Shown piece by piece: positions 7,425 to 16,011 of a stretch of 61,711 nt of DNA. Source of the stretch: a virus (Duplodnaviria > Caudoviricetes); IMG/VR virus record IMGVR_UViG_3300048836_000712, positions 1 through 61,711 of that record, one strand, 5' to 3'. Every line of letters starts with the position of its first letter. The stretch's first letter is position 1. Made by a program: the position numbers and the translations under genes. The notes beneath the pieces are model-generated. The model saw only the letters and a list, made by a program, of their open reading frames with translations, made no database searches and was not told where the DNA came from.

Positions 7425-9251
7425 ATGGCTGCACGCCATTCTATCGCCACGCCCACGGCAAGGGCAGTTGCTTACATTCGCCGGTCCACCCACAAGCAAG
7501 AAAAATCCCTTGCGGACCAACGGCGGGAGATTGAAGCCTACGCCGATCGGGAAGGCTTCGTGATTGTCCGTTGGTTTGAAGACGACGGCATAAGTGGGGA
7601 CGCCACCGACAAGCGAAACGGTTTCCAAGCCATGCACGCCAAGGCTTGCAACGGGCGGGACTTTGACGTGATTCTTTGTTGGGACCAAGACCGCTTCGGG
7701 CGGTTCAACAGCATTGAAGCGGGCTATTGGATTCACCCGCTTATGAAAGCCGGGGTCCGCCTTGTCACCGTCACCGAAGGGCCGATCAATTGGGACGATT
7801 TCAGCGGGCGTATCGTCCACGCCGTCAAGCAAGAAGGCAAACACCAATTCTTGGTGGACCTTTCCCGCAACGTCGCCCGGGGGCAGATTACCGCCGTTGC
7901 CCAAGGTTGGATTACCGGGCGTGCCGCCCCTTACGGGTTTGACCGGATGTTGGTTGACGAAGCCGGGAACCACAAGCAACGGGTTCACAATTGCGAACCG
8001 GTGGCGAAGCCCCGTTCATGGCATGTTACCTTAGTCATTGCCGACAACCCCGAAGTGGTCCGCGTTGCCAAGTGGCTGTTTGAAACCTACGTCAACGAAG
8101 ACGTGGGCTTGCGTGAATTGGTCAACCGGTTGAACGGGCAAGGCATCCCCGGCCCCCGGGGCGGACCTTGGCACTTGGGGACTGTCCGGGAAATCTTGAA
8201 GAACGAAACCTACGCCGGGGACTTCATTTGGCCCAAGCGAAGCCTTGGAAAATACCACCGCATTTCCGCCGGGGAAATCAAACCCCGCAACGGGTCAACC
8301 GCCGTGAAGCATACGGACCACGCCGAACGGGTCCACCACGAAGGCATGTTCCCCGCGTTGGTTGACCGCGAAACCTTCAACCGCGTTCAAGCCAAGCTTA
8401 CGGAACGGAAGAAGCGGACCACGCCCCACAAGGCGAAGAACGGGGACGATTACCTTCTTTCCGGTTTGGTCCATTGCGAACATTGCGGGGCCAAAATGTA
8501 CGGGGCACGTTCCAACGCCACGAAGAACGGAAAGAAGTACAGTTACCCCCGCTACGTTTGCTCCACCTATCACACGAAGGGCCGCCACCTTTGCAACCAC
8601 AATACGGTTGACCAAGGGAAGTTGCTTGCCGCCATCGTCACCAAGCTTCGCCAAACGGTGTTGGCGGGCGGTGGCGTGGAACAAGTGGCTTCCCGCGTTG
8701 CCGCCATGTTGAAGAAGCAACTTTCCGCCGCCGGTGGCGAGTCCGAAGGGTTGCGTTCCCGGTTGGCGGAATTGGACAAGCAAGTGGCCCAAGGAACCAA
8801 GCGCTTGCTTGCGGCCCCGGATGACGTGGCGGACCTTCTGGCAGCGGAACTATCCAACCTACGCCGGGAACGGGACCACTTGGCCGAACGGTTGAAGCAA
8901 TCGGCCCCTGCCCCGGTGGACGTGGAAGCCCAAGCGGAAGCCTTGGCCCAACGCCTTTGGACCTTCACCGAAGAAGTGGCCAAAGCCACGCCCGCCCGGC
9001 AACGGGAGTTGCTTCGCCGGGTGGTGGGCAAGATAAGCCTACGGTTTCGCCAAACGAAGTGGGGCCGCAAGTCCGTATCCCGCTTTGACGGCGGAACGGT
9101 GGACTTGCGGCCCCATTCGGACTTGTACAGTCTTGTCAGTCGGGGCGACTGGCCGTCGTTTGAACGCGTGGTCGCGACCGTGGTGGACGCCGCGCTCTCG
9201 CCAAACGCGGAAACCATTGTAGCACACCGGGTTGTACGGTTGTCGGCGTGA
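7425..9251 (+). CDS. Large serine recombinase of element A; tail after SRGD probably from the neighbouring element
   Basis: YIRRST catalytic Ser, DQDRFGR, APYGF, and Zn-ribbon CEHC...YVC. Confidence 0.92.
   Translation: MAARHSIATPTARAVAYIRRSTHKQEKSLADQRREIEAYADREGFVIVRWFEDDGISGDATDKRNGFQAMHAKACNGRDFDVILCWDQDRFGRFNSIEAGYWIHPLMKAGVRLVTVTEGPINWDDFSGRIVHAVKQEGKHQFLVDLSRNVARGQITAVAQGWITGRAAPYGFDRMLVDEAGNHKQRVHNCEPVAKPRSWHVTLVIADNPEVVRVAKWLFETYVNEDVGLRELVNRLNGQGIPGPRGGPWHLGTVREILKNETYAGDFIWPKRSLGKYHRISAGEIKPRNGSTAVKHTDHAERVHHEGMFPALVDRETFNRVQAKLTERKKRTTPHKAKNGDDYLLSGLVHCEHCGAKMYGARSNATKNGKKYSYPRYVCSTYHTKGRHLCNHNTVDQGKLLAAIVTKLRQTVLAGGGVEQVASRVAAMLKKQLSAAGGESEGLRSRLAELDKQVAQGTKRLLAAPDDVADLLAAELSNLRRERDHLAERLKQSAPAPVDVEAQAEALAQRLWTFTEEVAKATPARQRELLRRVVGKISLRFRQTKWGRKSVSRFDGGTVDLRPHSDLYSLVSRGDWPSFERVVATVVDAALSPNAETIVAHRVVRLSA
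9139..9165 (+). other. Putative hybrid att junction (GAC core 9147-9149), tRNA-Pro 3'-end-like
   Basis: GTCGGGGCGAC-TGG...TTTGAAC resembles the reverse complement of a tRNA-Pro 3' end; composition changes here. Confidence 0.55.
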
Positions 9252-11465
9252 TCACGGGGCCTGGGGCGATTGGCGGATACGGTAGAACCCGGTTCGCGGC
9301 GCTCCCACGAATTCAATCCTGCCTTCGTCCTTCAAGGCCGTCAGATCCCGTTGCGCCGTCTTCACGGAGCACCCGAAATGCTCAGCCACATCGGGAGCTT
9401 TAAGCCGCCTCTCCTTGGCCAACTCCTGAAGAATCCAGGCGTGGCGAGCCCCGGCGGCGTCATCACGGACATCGAAGACATCACGGACATCGTCATTAGG
9501 GACATCGCTGGCTTCGTCCATGTCCGTAATGTCCGTGATCTTGGGTGGATCGACATATTGGACAGTCAGACACTCGGCGAAACGGTAGCCGGGACCGCCA
9601 CTCAAGATCAGCTCCTTGTGCCCAGAGATGAGCCCCGCATGGTTTCGCAGGCCCTCCATGATGTCATCTCGTAGATCATCGATCCACCGACCCACGTCCC
9701 CCCTCGCGCCATGCTTTTTCGCCTCGGCCGCAAGGTCGTCGCCGCTGTAAGCAACGAACGAGCCGTCCTTCCGGCGGCGGCTGAGCAGTTCCAGTACGAT
9801 CCGCCGGCTCGCCCGCCGTGGGCCGCTACAAACATCGACGCCGCAAATCTCAACTCGATCCAAATAGAAGACGACCTCCCCGCGGTTGAATGCCTTCGGT
9901 TCCAGATCGCCGGCCACTTCGACGGGTCGACCGCTTACGGGCTCTTCAATGCCTTCGCTCGCCTTCGCCGGGTGACTACTGCCAGCGGGTCGACGGGCGT
10001 GGCATATCGCTTCAAGGTGTCGTCGTCGCGAATCAATCTCTCGAACAAGGTTTGACGCAACGTCTAATTGCTGGCTGACCACGGACGCCGCCATCTCCGC
10101 GCGAGGATCGTCGGAGGCGCTTTGGGGAGGGCCGGAAGTGAAAACGTAACTGATTGCGCTTGTACAGTCGGAGAGCATTGCCAGCAGCTGAACGCTCCAC
10201 TGCTCACGGTCAGTCCCCGGCGGCGGAACTATTGCTGAAACAAGCTGTGCTCCGACTAAACGCTCAGCTCGATGGTGCGCCGCGGAGAGTTCGGCACTAC
10301 GACTCCTGGTCCATTTGACCGCATCGTCGAACGACTCAATCTCCGGGTGATTGGCCTCAAGGATGATCTGGTTCACCATGCCGGTGTAGGCAGCGAGCGA
10401 TTTTATGAATTGCTCCAGCATCAGGTGGCTGTCAACGTCCTGTTGCGGCGCTGCCGGCCGCGCCGCCACGCCCGCCGTAGAGTCGGAAGCTTCAAATTGC
10501 TGCGCTATCACGTCGAGATATTCAGCGAGGCACAACGCCATGTGCTTGAGGTCCTTTCGCGCCTCATCGAGCACGAACACGCCCTCTACCTCTTCGCCGC
10601 GTGTCCGCGCGGTGTATTCGACGACTTGCCGGGAAAACTCCACGCGCGCCTCGTGAAGCCGATCAAGGCGAGCCGAGAAACTGCGGGCGAAATCCGCGCT
10701 CTTATGAAACTCCAGCAAATCGTAGGCTTCGTGGCTGCCGATCCAATCTCTAACTGCCCAAGTCTCGAAAACTCGAAACGGAGCATCCTCGGGCACCATC
10801 CGGGTTCGAACGAAGAATGGGTCTTTCGCCAGATGGCTGACCTGGTGCAAGAGGTGCTGCTTGAGATTGCCAGCCCAATTGCAGATGTCGTCGGCCAGGA
10901 CTCGCAGCACGCTGCTCACGTTTCCTTCCCGTACTGCAATCGCGAGTCGCAGTCGCCGGGCTGCCTGCGTGTCGATTTCGCGTAGCGTGAACTCGCGATA
11001 CTCCTTCTCTTGGCGAGCACGCTGCTCGAAAGCCCGAGCTTCATCCAGATTGTCGGCATCCCATTTGTTGGCCGGTTCAAACCGCCCACCGACATTCCTC
11101 AAGCCACATGAGTTCGTCAGACGCTTGTCCACCGTCACGTCGGGATGCTCGCCAACTTGCTGCAGCCAGTGAACCGTTACTAGCGCCCCTTCGGCCGGGA
11201 TCGTCTCCGGGTTCGTGCCCATCAGCAATCGCGAGAGATCAATCTCGACCGAGTAGGAGCAACCGTGCTCCGCACGCTCATTTAGCTGACCTTCAGCGTA
11301 AGCGCAAGCATCTAGGATGCTCGCCAGCTTGTTGCCTGCCTTAAAGGTGTTGTCGGTGAAGTCGAACGCAAACCGCTTTTGGTCGACGACGCAGACGTAG
11401 AGCCGGTGCCCCTGCGGGTAGTGCAAGAAGAAACGCTGAACGTTGCTGGAGTCACTACCGGTCAT
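9252..11465 (-). CDS. Large protein with C-terminal wHTH and DeoR-type HTH domains
   Basis: LSGGPGYRF and KAPDVAEHFGCSVKTAQRDLTALKDEGRIEFVG; likely start MTGSDS at 11465. Confidence 0.7.
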   Translation of the reverse strand: MTGSDSSNVQRFFLHYPQGHRLYVCVVDQKRFAFDFTDNTFKAGNKLASILDACAYAEGQLNERAEHGCSYSVEIDLSRLLMGTNPETIPAEGALVTVHWLQQVGEHPDVTVDKRLTNSCGLRNVGGRFEPANKWDADNLDEARAFEQRARQEKEYREFTLREIDTQAARRLRLAIAVREGNVSSVLRVLADDICNWAGNLKQHLLHQVSHLAKDPFFVRTRMVPEDAPFRVFETWAVRDWIGSHEAYDLLEFHKSADFARSFSARLDRLHEARVEFSRQVVEYTARTRGEEVEGVFVLDEARKDLKHMALCLAEYLDVIAQQFEASDSTAGVAARPAAPQQDVDSHLMLEQFIKSLAAYTGMVNQIILEANHPEIESFDDAVKWTRSRSAELSAAHHRAERLVGAQLVSAIVPPPGTDREQWSVQLLAMLSDCTSAISYVFTSGPPQSASDDPRAEMAASVVSQQLDVASNLVREIDSRRRHLEAICHARRPAGSSHPAKASEGIEEPVSGRPVEVAGDLEPKAFNRGEVVFYLDRVEICGVDVCSGPRRASRRIVLELLSRRRKDGSFVAYSGDDLAAEAKKHGARGDVGRWIDDLRDDIMEGLRNHAGLISGHKELILSGGPGYRFAECLTVQYVDPPKITDITDMDEASDVPNDDVRDVFDVRDDAAGARHAWILQELAKERRLKAPDVAEHFGCSVKTAQRDLTALKDEGRIEFVGAPRTGFYRIRQSPQAP
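9462..9539. repeat. Five copies of ATYASGGACAT inside the HTH gene
   Basis: Forward copies at 9462, 9480 and 9495; inverted copies at 9520 and 9529. Confidence 0.75.
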
Positions 11466-11584
11466 TTCCCATTCCCGGCCAACTGGTAAAGACCACCCAC
11501 GGCACAAACATGCTACCGCACCACTGTAGACTTTGATAGACTTCTTCTGGGCATTCACCGCGTTCCGAAACACGGCTGGCTCAG

Positions 11585-11797
11585 ATGACCAAGTTAAGTG
11601 AGTACGTGAAAGTGGCCGAAGCAGCTTCGATTCTGGGCGTATCGCAGGGGACCGTGCGAGCCTGGGCTGAATCGGGGCAACTCCCGATGCAGCGAAATCC
11701 GGCGAACGGTTACCGGCTGTTCCTGCGATCAGACCTCGATAAGTTCCTGCGGAAAGTTGAATCCAGCCGAACCAAGCGACTGTCGCGGAAGGGTTAG
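11585..11797 (+). CDS. MerR/excisionase-like HTH protein
   Basis: VAEAASILGVSQGTVRAWAESGQL...NGYRLF. Confidence 0.85.
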   Translation: MTKLSEYVKVAEAASILGVSQGTVRAWAESGQLPMQRNPANGYRLFLRSDLDKFLRKVESSRTKRLSRKG

Positions 11798-11799
11798 CA

Positions 11800-13299
11800 A
11801 TGGCCGAGAAAGAACTCGACCTCTCGACGCTTTCCAACCACCTGTGGGAATCCGCCAACATCTTGCGCGGCCCGGTCGACGCTGCCGATTTCAAGACTTA
11901 CATCTTCCCGCTGCTATTCTTCAAACGCATTTCCGACGTGTTCGACGAGGAAATCGCCGAGGCCCTCGACGAGTCGGGTGGCGACCAGCAGTACGCCTTG
12001 TTCCCTGAGAACCACCGCTTTCAGATCCCCGACGATTGCCACTGGGCAGACGTGCGGAAGAAAACGAACAACGTCGGCCAAGGCCTACAGCGGGCCATGC
12101 GGGAGATCGAGAAAGCCAACCCTGACACGCTCTACGGGATCTTCGGCGATGCCCAATGGACGAATAAGGATCGCCTTTCGGACGCACTTCTTCGCGACCT
12201 GATCGAACACTTCTCAAAGTTGCCGCTGGGGAACAAGGCTGCCCGCGCCGACATTCTCGGCCAGTCCTACGAATACCTCATCAAGAAGTTTGCCGACGCC
12301 ACCAACAAGAAGGCGGGTGAGTTCTATACGCCTCGTAGTGTCGTCAACCTCATGGTTCGCATCCTGAACCCTCGGGAAGGTGAAACCATCTACGACCCCG
12401 CCTGCGGCACCGGCGGCATGCTCATCGAAGCAATTCACCATGTCCGCGAGGCCGGCGGCAACATTCGCACGCTCTGGGGGAAGCTCTTCGGCCAGGAGAA
12501 GAACCTCACCACGTCCGCCATCGCCCGCATGAATCTGTTCTTGCACGGCGTAGAGGACTTCCAGGTGGTTCGCGGCGATACGCTTCGCCAACCCGCCTTT
12601 CACACCGGTGATAGTCTCGCCACCTTCGATTGCGTGATCGCCAATCCGCCATTCTCACTGGAAAAGTGGGGCGACGATGTGTGGAGCAGCGATCCCTACG
12701 GTCGCAACTTCGCTGGTATGCCACCTGCAAAGAGCGGCGACTACGCCTGGGTGCAGCACATGATCCTTTCGATGGCTCCCAAATCGGGTCGCATGGCCGT
12801 CGTCTTGCCCCACGGCGCACTGTTCCGCATGGCCGCCGAAGGCAAGATTCGCGAGAAACTGCTGGGCATGGATATCCTCGATGCTGTGATCGGCCTCGGG
12901 CCAAACCTGTTCTACGGCACCAGCCTGGCCGCTTGCATCTTGGTGTTCCGCCTGAAGAAACCGAAGGACCACCGCAAAAAGGTGCTGATCGTCGATGCCT
13001 CGAAGGAGTTCAAGAAGGGTCGCGCCCAGAACGAACTTCTCCCCGAGCACGTTGACCACATTTACCAGTGGTATGTCGGCCACAAGGATGTCGCAGGCAT
13101 TGCCCGGCTGGTTCCGCTCGACGAAATCCAGCAGAACGATTGGAACCTGAACATTCCACGATACGTTGAGCCGGTCGTCGAAGCGGAAACGCTCACGGTG
13201 GCCGATGCCCTTGCCAACCTAAAGACCAGCCTCGATGCCGCATACGCCGCCGAGGATCGACTCAAATCACTGCTGGCGAAAGCGGGGCTAATGCAATGA
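11800..13299 (+). CDS. hsdM: Type I R-M methyltransferase M1 (NPPF, m6A type)
   Basis: GEFYTP, YDPACGTGGML and ANPPF. Confidence 0.95.
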   Translation: MAEKELDLSTLSNHLWESANILRGPVDAADFKTYIFPLLFFKRISDVFDEEIAEALDESGGDQQYALFPENHRFQIPDDCHWADVRKKTNNVGQGLQRAMREIEKANPDTLYGIFGDAQWTNKDRLSDALLRDLIEHFSKLPLGNKAARADILGQSYEYLIKKFADATNKKAGEFYTPRSVVNLMVRILNPREGETIYDPACGTGGMLIEAIHHVREAGGNIRTLWGKLFGQEKNLTTSAIARMNLFLHGVEDFQVVRGDTLRQPAFHTGDSLATFDCVIANPPFSLEKWGDDVWSSDPYGRNFAGMPPAKSGDYAWVQHMILSMAPKSGRMAVVLPHGALFRMAAEGKIREKLLGMDILDAVIGLGPNLFYGTSLAACILVFRLKKPKDHRKKVLIVDASKEFKKGRAQNELLPEHVDHIYQWYVGHKDVAGIARLVPLDEIQQNDWNLNIPRYVEPVVEAETLTVADALANLKTSLDAAYAAEDRLKSLLAKAGLMQ

Positions 13300-14801
13300 G
13301 TACCCGCATCACCCAATCGCAACTCGAATCGTACTTGTGGGGCGCGGCCGTCCTGCTGCGCGGTTACATCGACGCGGGCGACTATAAGCAGTTCATCTTC
13401 CCGCTGCTGTTCTACAAGCGGCTGTGCGATGTGTTCGACGAAGAGGTGGCCGCGGCGCTGGCGGAGTCAGGCGGCGATCAGGCGTATGCCCACTTTGCCG
13501 AGAATCATCGATTTCAGATCCCCGAGGACGCCCACTGGAAAACCGTTCGTGAAGCCAGCAAGAACGTCGGCACCAAGTTGCAGAATGCATTCCGGGCAAT
13601 TGAGACAGCCAACCCCGACAAGCTCTTCGGTATCTTTGGCGACGCGCAGTGGACCAACAAAGACCGTCTGCCCGACCACACCCTCAAGGAACTGATCGAG
13701 CACTTTAGCTCGCTCACTCTGTCGGTCGCCAACTGCCCCGAGGATGAACTCGGCGTCGGGTATGAGTACCTCATTAAGAAGTTCGCTGACGATTCCGGCC
13801 ACACCGCCGCCGAATTCTACACGAACCGCACCGTCGTCCATCTGATGACTGAACTGCTCCAGCCGCAGCCGGGCGAATCGATCTACGATCCCACTTGCGG
13901 ATCAGGCGGCATGCTCCTGTCGTCCATCGCTCACCTGCGAAAGCAAAAGAAGGAATGGCGGACGGTAAAGCTCTTCGGCCAAGAGCGAAACCTGATGACC
14001 TCGTCCATCGCCCGGATGAACTGCTTTCTGCACGGTGTCGAAGACTTCCAGATCATTCGCGGAGACACGCTGGCCGAGCCCAAGTTCGTGGCTGGCGACC
14101 GGCTGCATCAGTTCGATGTGTGCCTGGCCAATCCACCGTACTCGATCAAGCAATGGGATCGCGACGCATTTGTTTCTGATCCCTGGGGTCGCAATATTTA
14201 CGGAACGCCCCCGCAAGGCCGCGCCGACTATGCCTTCTGGCAGCACATTATCCAAAGCCTGAACCCGAAGACTGGTCGCTGCGCGATCCTGTTTCCGCAT
14301 GGTGTGCTGTTTCGCAACGAAGAAACCGAGATGCGGCGGAAACTGGTCGAGCACGATGTCGTTGAAACGGTGCTCGGACTGGGGCCTAACCTGTTCTACA
14401 ACTCGCCGATGGAAGCGTGCGTCGTGATCTGCCGGATGAAGAAATCCCGCAAACGTAAGGGCAAGATTCAATTCATCAATGCCGTGAACGAAGTCACTCG
14501 CGAACGAGCGCAAAGCTTTCTAACCGACGCCCATATCGCTCGAATCGTCTCATCCTATGAAAGCGACGACGATCTGCCTGAGTTCTCACGGCTCGTTCCG
14601 CTCGAGGAAATTCGTAGCCAGCAGCACAACCTGAGCATCCCGCTCTACGTGCGGACGGAATCGACCACCGCTAACGGCAATGGCCAGCCGCACGGGTCGG
14701 TCAAGGAGGCCATTGGGGCATGGCAAGCCAGCTCGCGGAAGCTTCGGCAGTCGATGGACGATCTGTTCAGCACGCTCAAGGAGGCTGGCGTTGGCAAGTA
14801 A
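13296..14801 (+). CDS. hsdM: Type I R-M methyltransferase M2 (NPPY, m4C type)
   Basis: AEFYT, YDPTCGSGGML and ANPPY; paralog of M1. Confidence 0.93.
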   Translation: MSTRITQSQLESYLWGAAVLLRGYIDAGDYKQFIFPLLFYKRLCDVFDEEVAAALAESGGDQAYAHFAENHRFQIPEDAHWKTVREASKNVGTKLQNAFRAIETANPDKLFGIFGDAQWTNKDRLPDHTLKELIEHFSSLTLSVANCPEDELGVGYEYLIKKFADDSGHTAAEFYTNRTVVHLMTELLQPQPGESIYDPTCGSGGMLLSSIAHLRKQKKEWRTVKLFGQERNLMTSSIARMNCFLHGVEDFQIIRGDTLAEPKFVAGDRLHQFDVCLANPPYSIKQWDRDAFVSDPWGRNIYGTPPQGRADYAFWQHIIQSLNPKTGRCAILFPHGVLFRNEETEMRRKLVEHDVVETVLGLGPNLFYNSPMEACVVICRMKKSRKRKGKIQFINAVNEVTRERAQSFLTDAHIARIVSSYESDDDLPEFSRLVPLEEIRSQQHNLSIPLYVRTESTTANGNGQPHGSVKEAIGAWQASSRKLRQSMDDLFSTLKEAGVGK

Positions 14802-16011
14802 GGTGAAAACAACGACGACCGCCCCCGCGAACAACGCCAGCCTTCCTAAAGGCTGGCGGATGGTTCGGTTCGATGAACTCGCACAGATGGTCAACGAACG
14901 AGTTGATCCTTCGGCGACCGACGCCGACATCTACGTTGGACTGGAGCACCTCGATCCCGATTCGCTCAAGTTGCGTCGCTGGGGAACGCCGAGCGACGTC
15001 ATCGGTGACAAGCTGCAGTTTCGGAAGGGTGACATTATCTTTGGCCGGCGGCGGGCGTATCAGAGGAAGTTGGCGGTCGCTGAGTTCGATGGCATATGTT
15101 CGGCCCATGCAATGGTCGTTCGCGCAAATGCGGAGACGGTCGACCCGGAGTTCCTGCCGTTTCTGATGCAAAGCGATCTCTTCATGCAGCGGGCCATCGA
15201 CATTTCGGTCGGGTCCCTTTCGCCTACGATCAACTGGAAGACTCTCCGCATCCAAGAGTTCCCGCTGCCGCCGAAGGACGAGCAACGCCGCATCGCCGAC
15301 ATACTCTGGGCGGCGGAGGATGCTATCGAGTCTTGGGATGCAGCCGTAGAGTGTTTCGCGGCGCTGCTAGATGCAATCTCACTCGACGAATTCAGCTCTC
15401 ATCCCTCGGATACGACTGCGATTTCACCAGTTGACCTGTGTGAGTCTGTGACAGTGGGAATTGTCGTTACGCCAGCCAAATGGTATTGCAGTGATGGAGT
15501 TCCAGCGCTCAGATCGTTGAATGTGTTTCCCGATAGATTTGTATTGGACGATCTAGTTCGACTCACACAGACTGGTCATAACGAACATCGCAAGTCGGAA
15601 TTGAGCGAAGGGGATGTTGTAATCGTTCGCACAGGCCGCCCCGGCGATGCGGCAGTTGTAACTAGAGATGTACATGGATTTAATGCGATTGATCTCATTA
15701 TTGCCCGTCCTCTCCCGACACTGGACCCTCATTTTCTTAGTCGGTTTCTAAACTCAGCTGCGGGACGACGGCAACTTCGCCGCGGCACTGCCGGCACTGC
15801 CCAGCAGCATTTCAACGTCGGCGAAATGAAGCATCTTCGAATTCCTGTGCGAACACTTAACGGACAGGCGGAAACTGTCGCCCGAATGCGAGCCGTCGAA
15901 ACAAAATTACAGGACGCAGTTAAGAATCGAGAGTGCCTGCGCCGTATGGCCACAATTCTCAGGGACACGTTGCTCTGCAACAGATCGGGGGACCACAAGC
16001 GTGTTTACTGA
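14791..16011 (+). CDS. hsdS: Type I R-M specificity subunit
   Basis: TTG start after AAGGAGG; LPKGWRMVRF and FPLPPKDEQRRIADIL; two TRDs. Confidence 0.92.
   Translation: MASKVKTTTTAPANNASLPKGWRMVRFDELAQMVNERVDPSATDADIYVGLEHLDPDSLKLRRWGTPSDVIGDKLQFRKGDIIFGRRRAYQRKLAVAEFDGICSAHAMVVRANAETVDPEFLPFLMQSDLFMQRAIDISVGSLSPTINWKTLRIQEFPLPPKDEQRRIADILWAAEDAIESWDAAVECFAALLDAISLDEFSSHPSDTTAISPVDLCESVTVGIVVTPAKWYCSDGVPALRSLNVFPDRFVLDDLVRLTQTGHNEHRKSELSEGDVVIVRTGRPGDAAVVTRDVHGFNAIDLIIARPLPTLDPHFLSRFLNSAAGRRQLRRGTAGTAQQHFNVGEMKHLRIPVRTLNGQAETVARMRAVETKLQDAVKNRECLRRMATILRDTLLCNRSGDHKRVY

Larger units (their letters stand above)
1880..9149 (+). mobile_element. Element A: capsid-encoding satellite-like island with LSR; left end probably deleted
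   Basis: Distinct trinucleotide composition, protease-capsid gene and LSR; right junction at GTCGGGGCGAC (9139-9149). Confidence 0.7.

Noticed and set aside
9139-9165. Intact tRNA gene
   Set aside because: Only a short 3'-end-like segment is present; no cloverleaf.
11466-11894. N-terminal extension of the 880-aa ORF
   Set aside because: It overlaps the divergent HTH and hsdM genes; the ATG at 11465 is more plausible.
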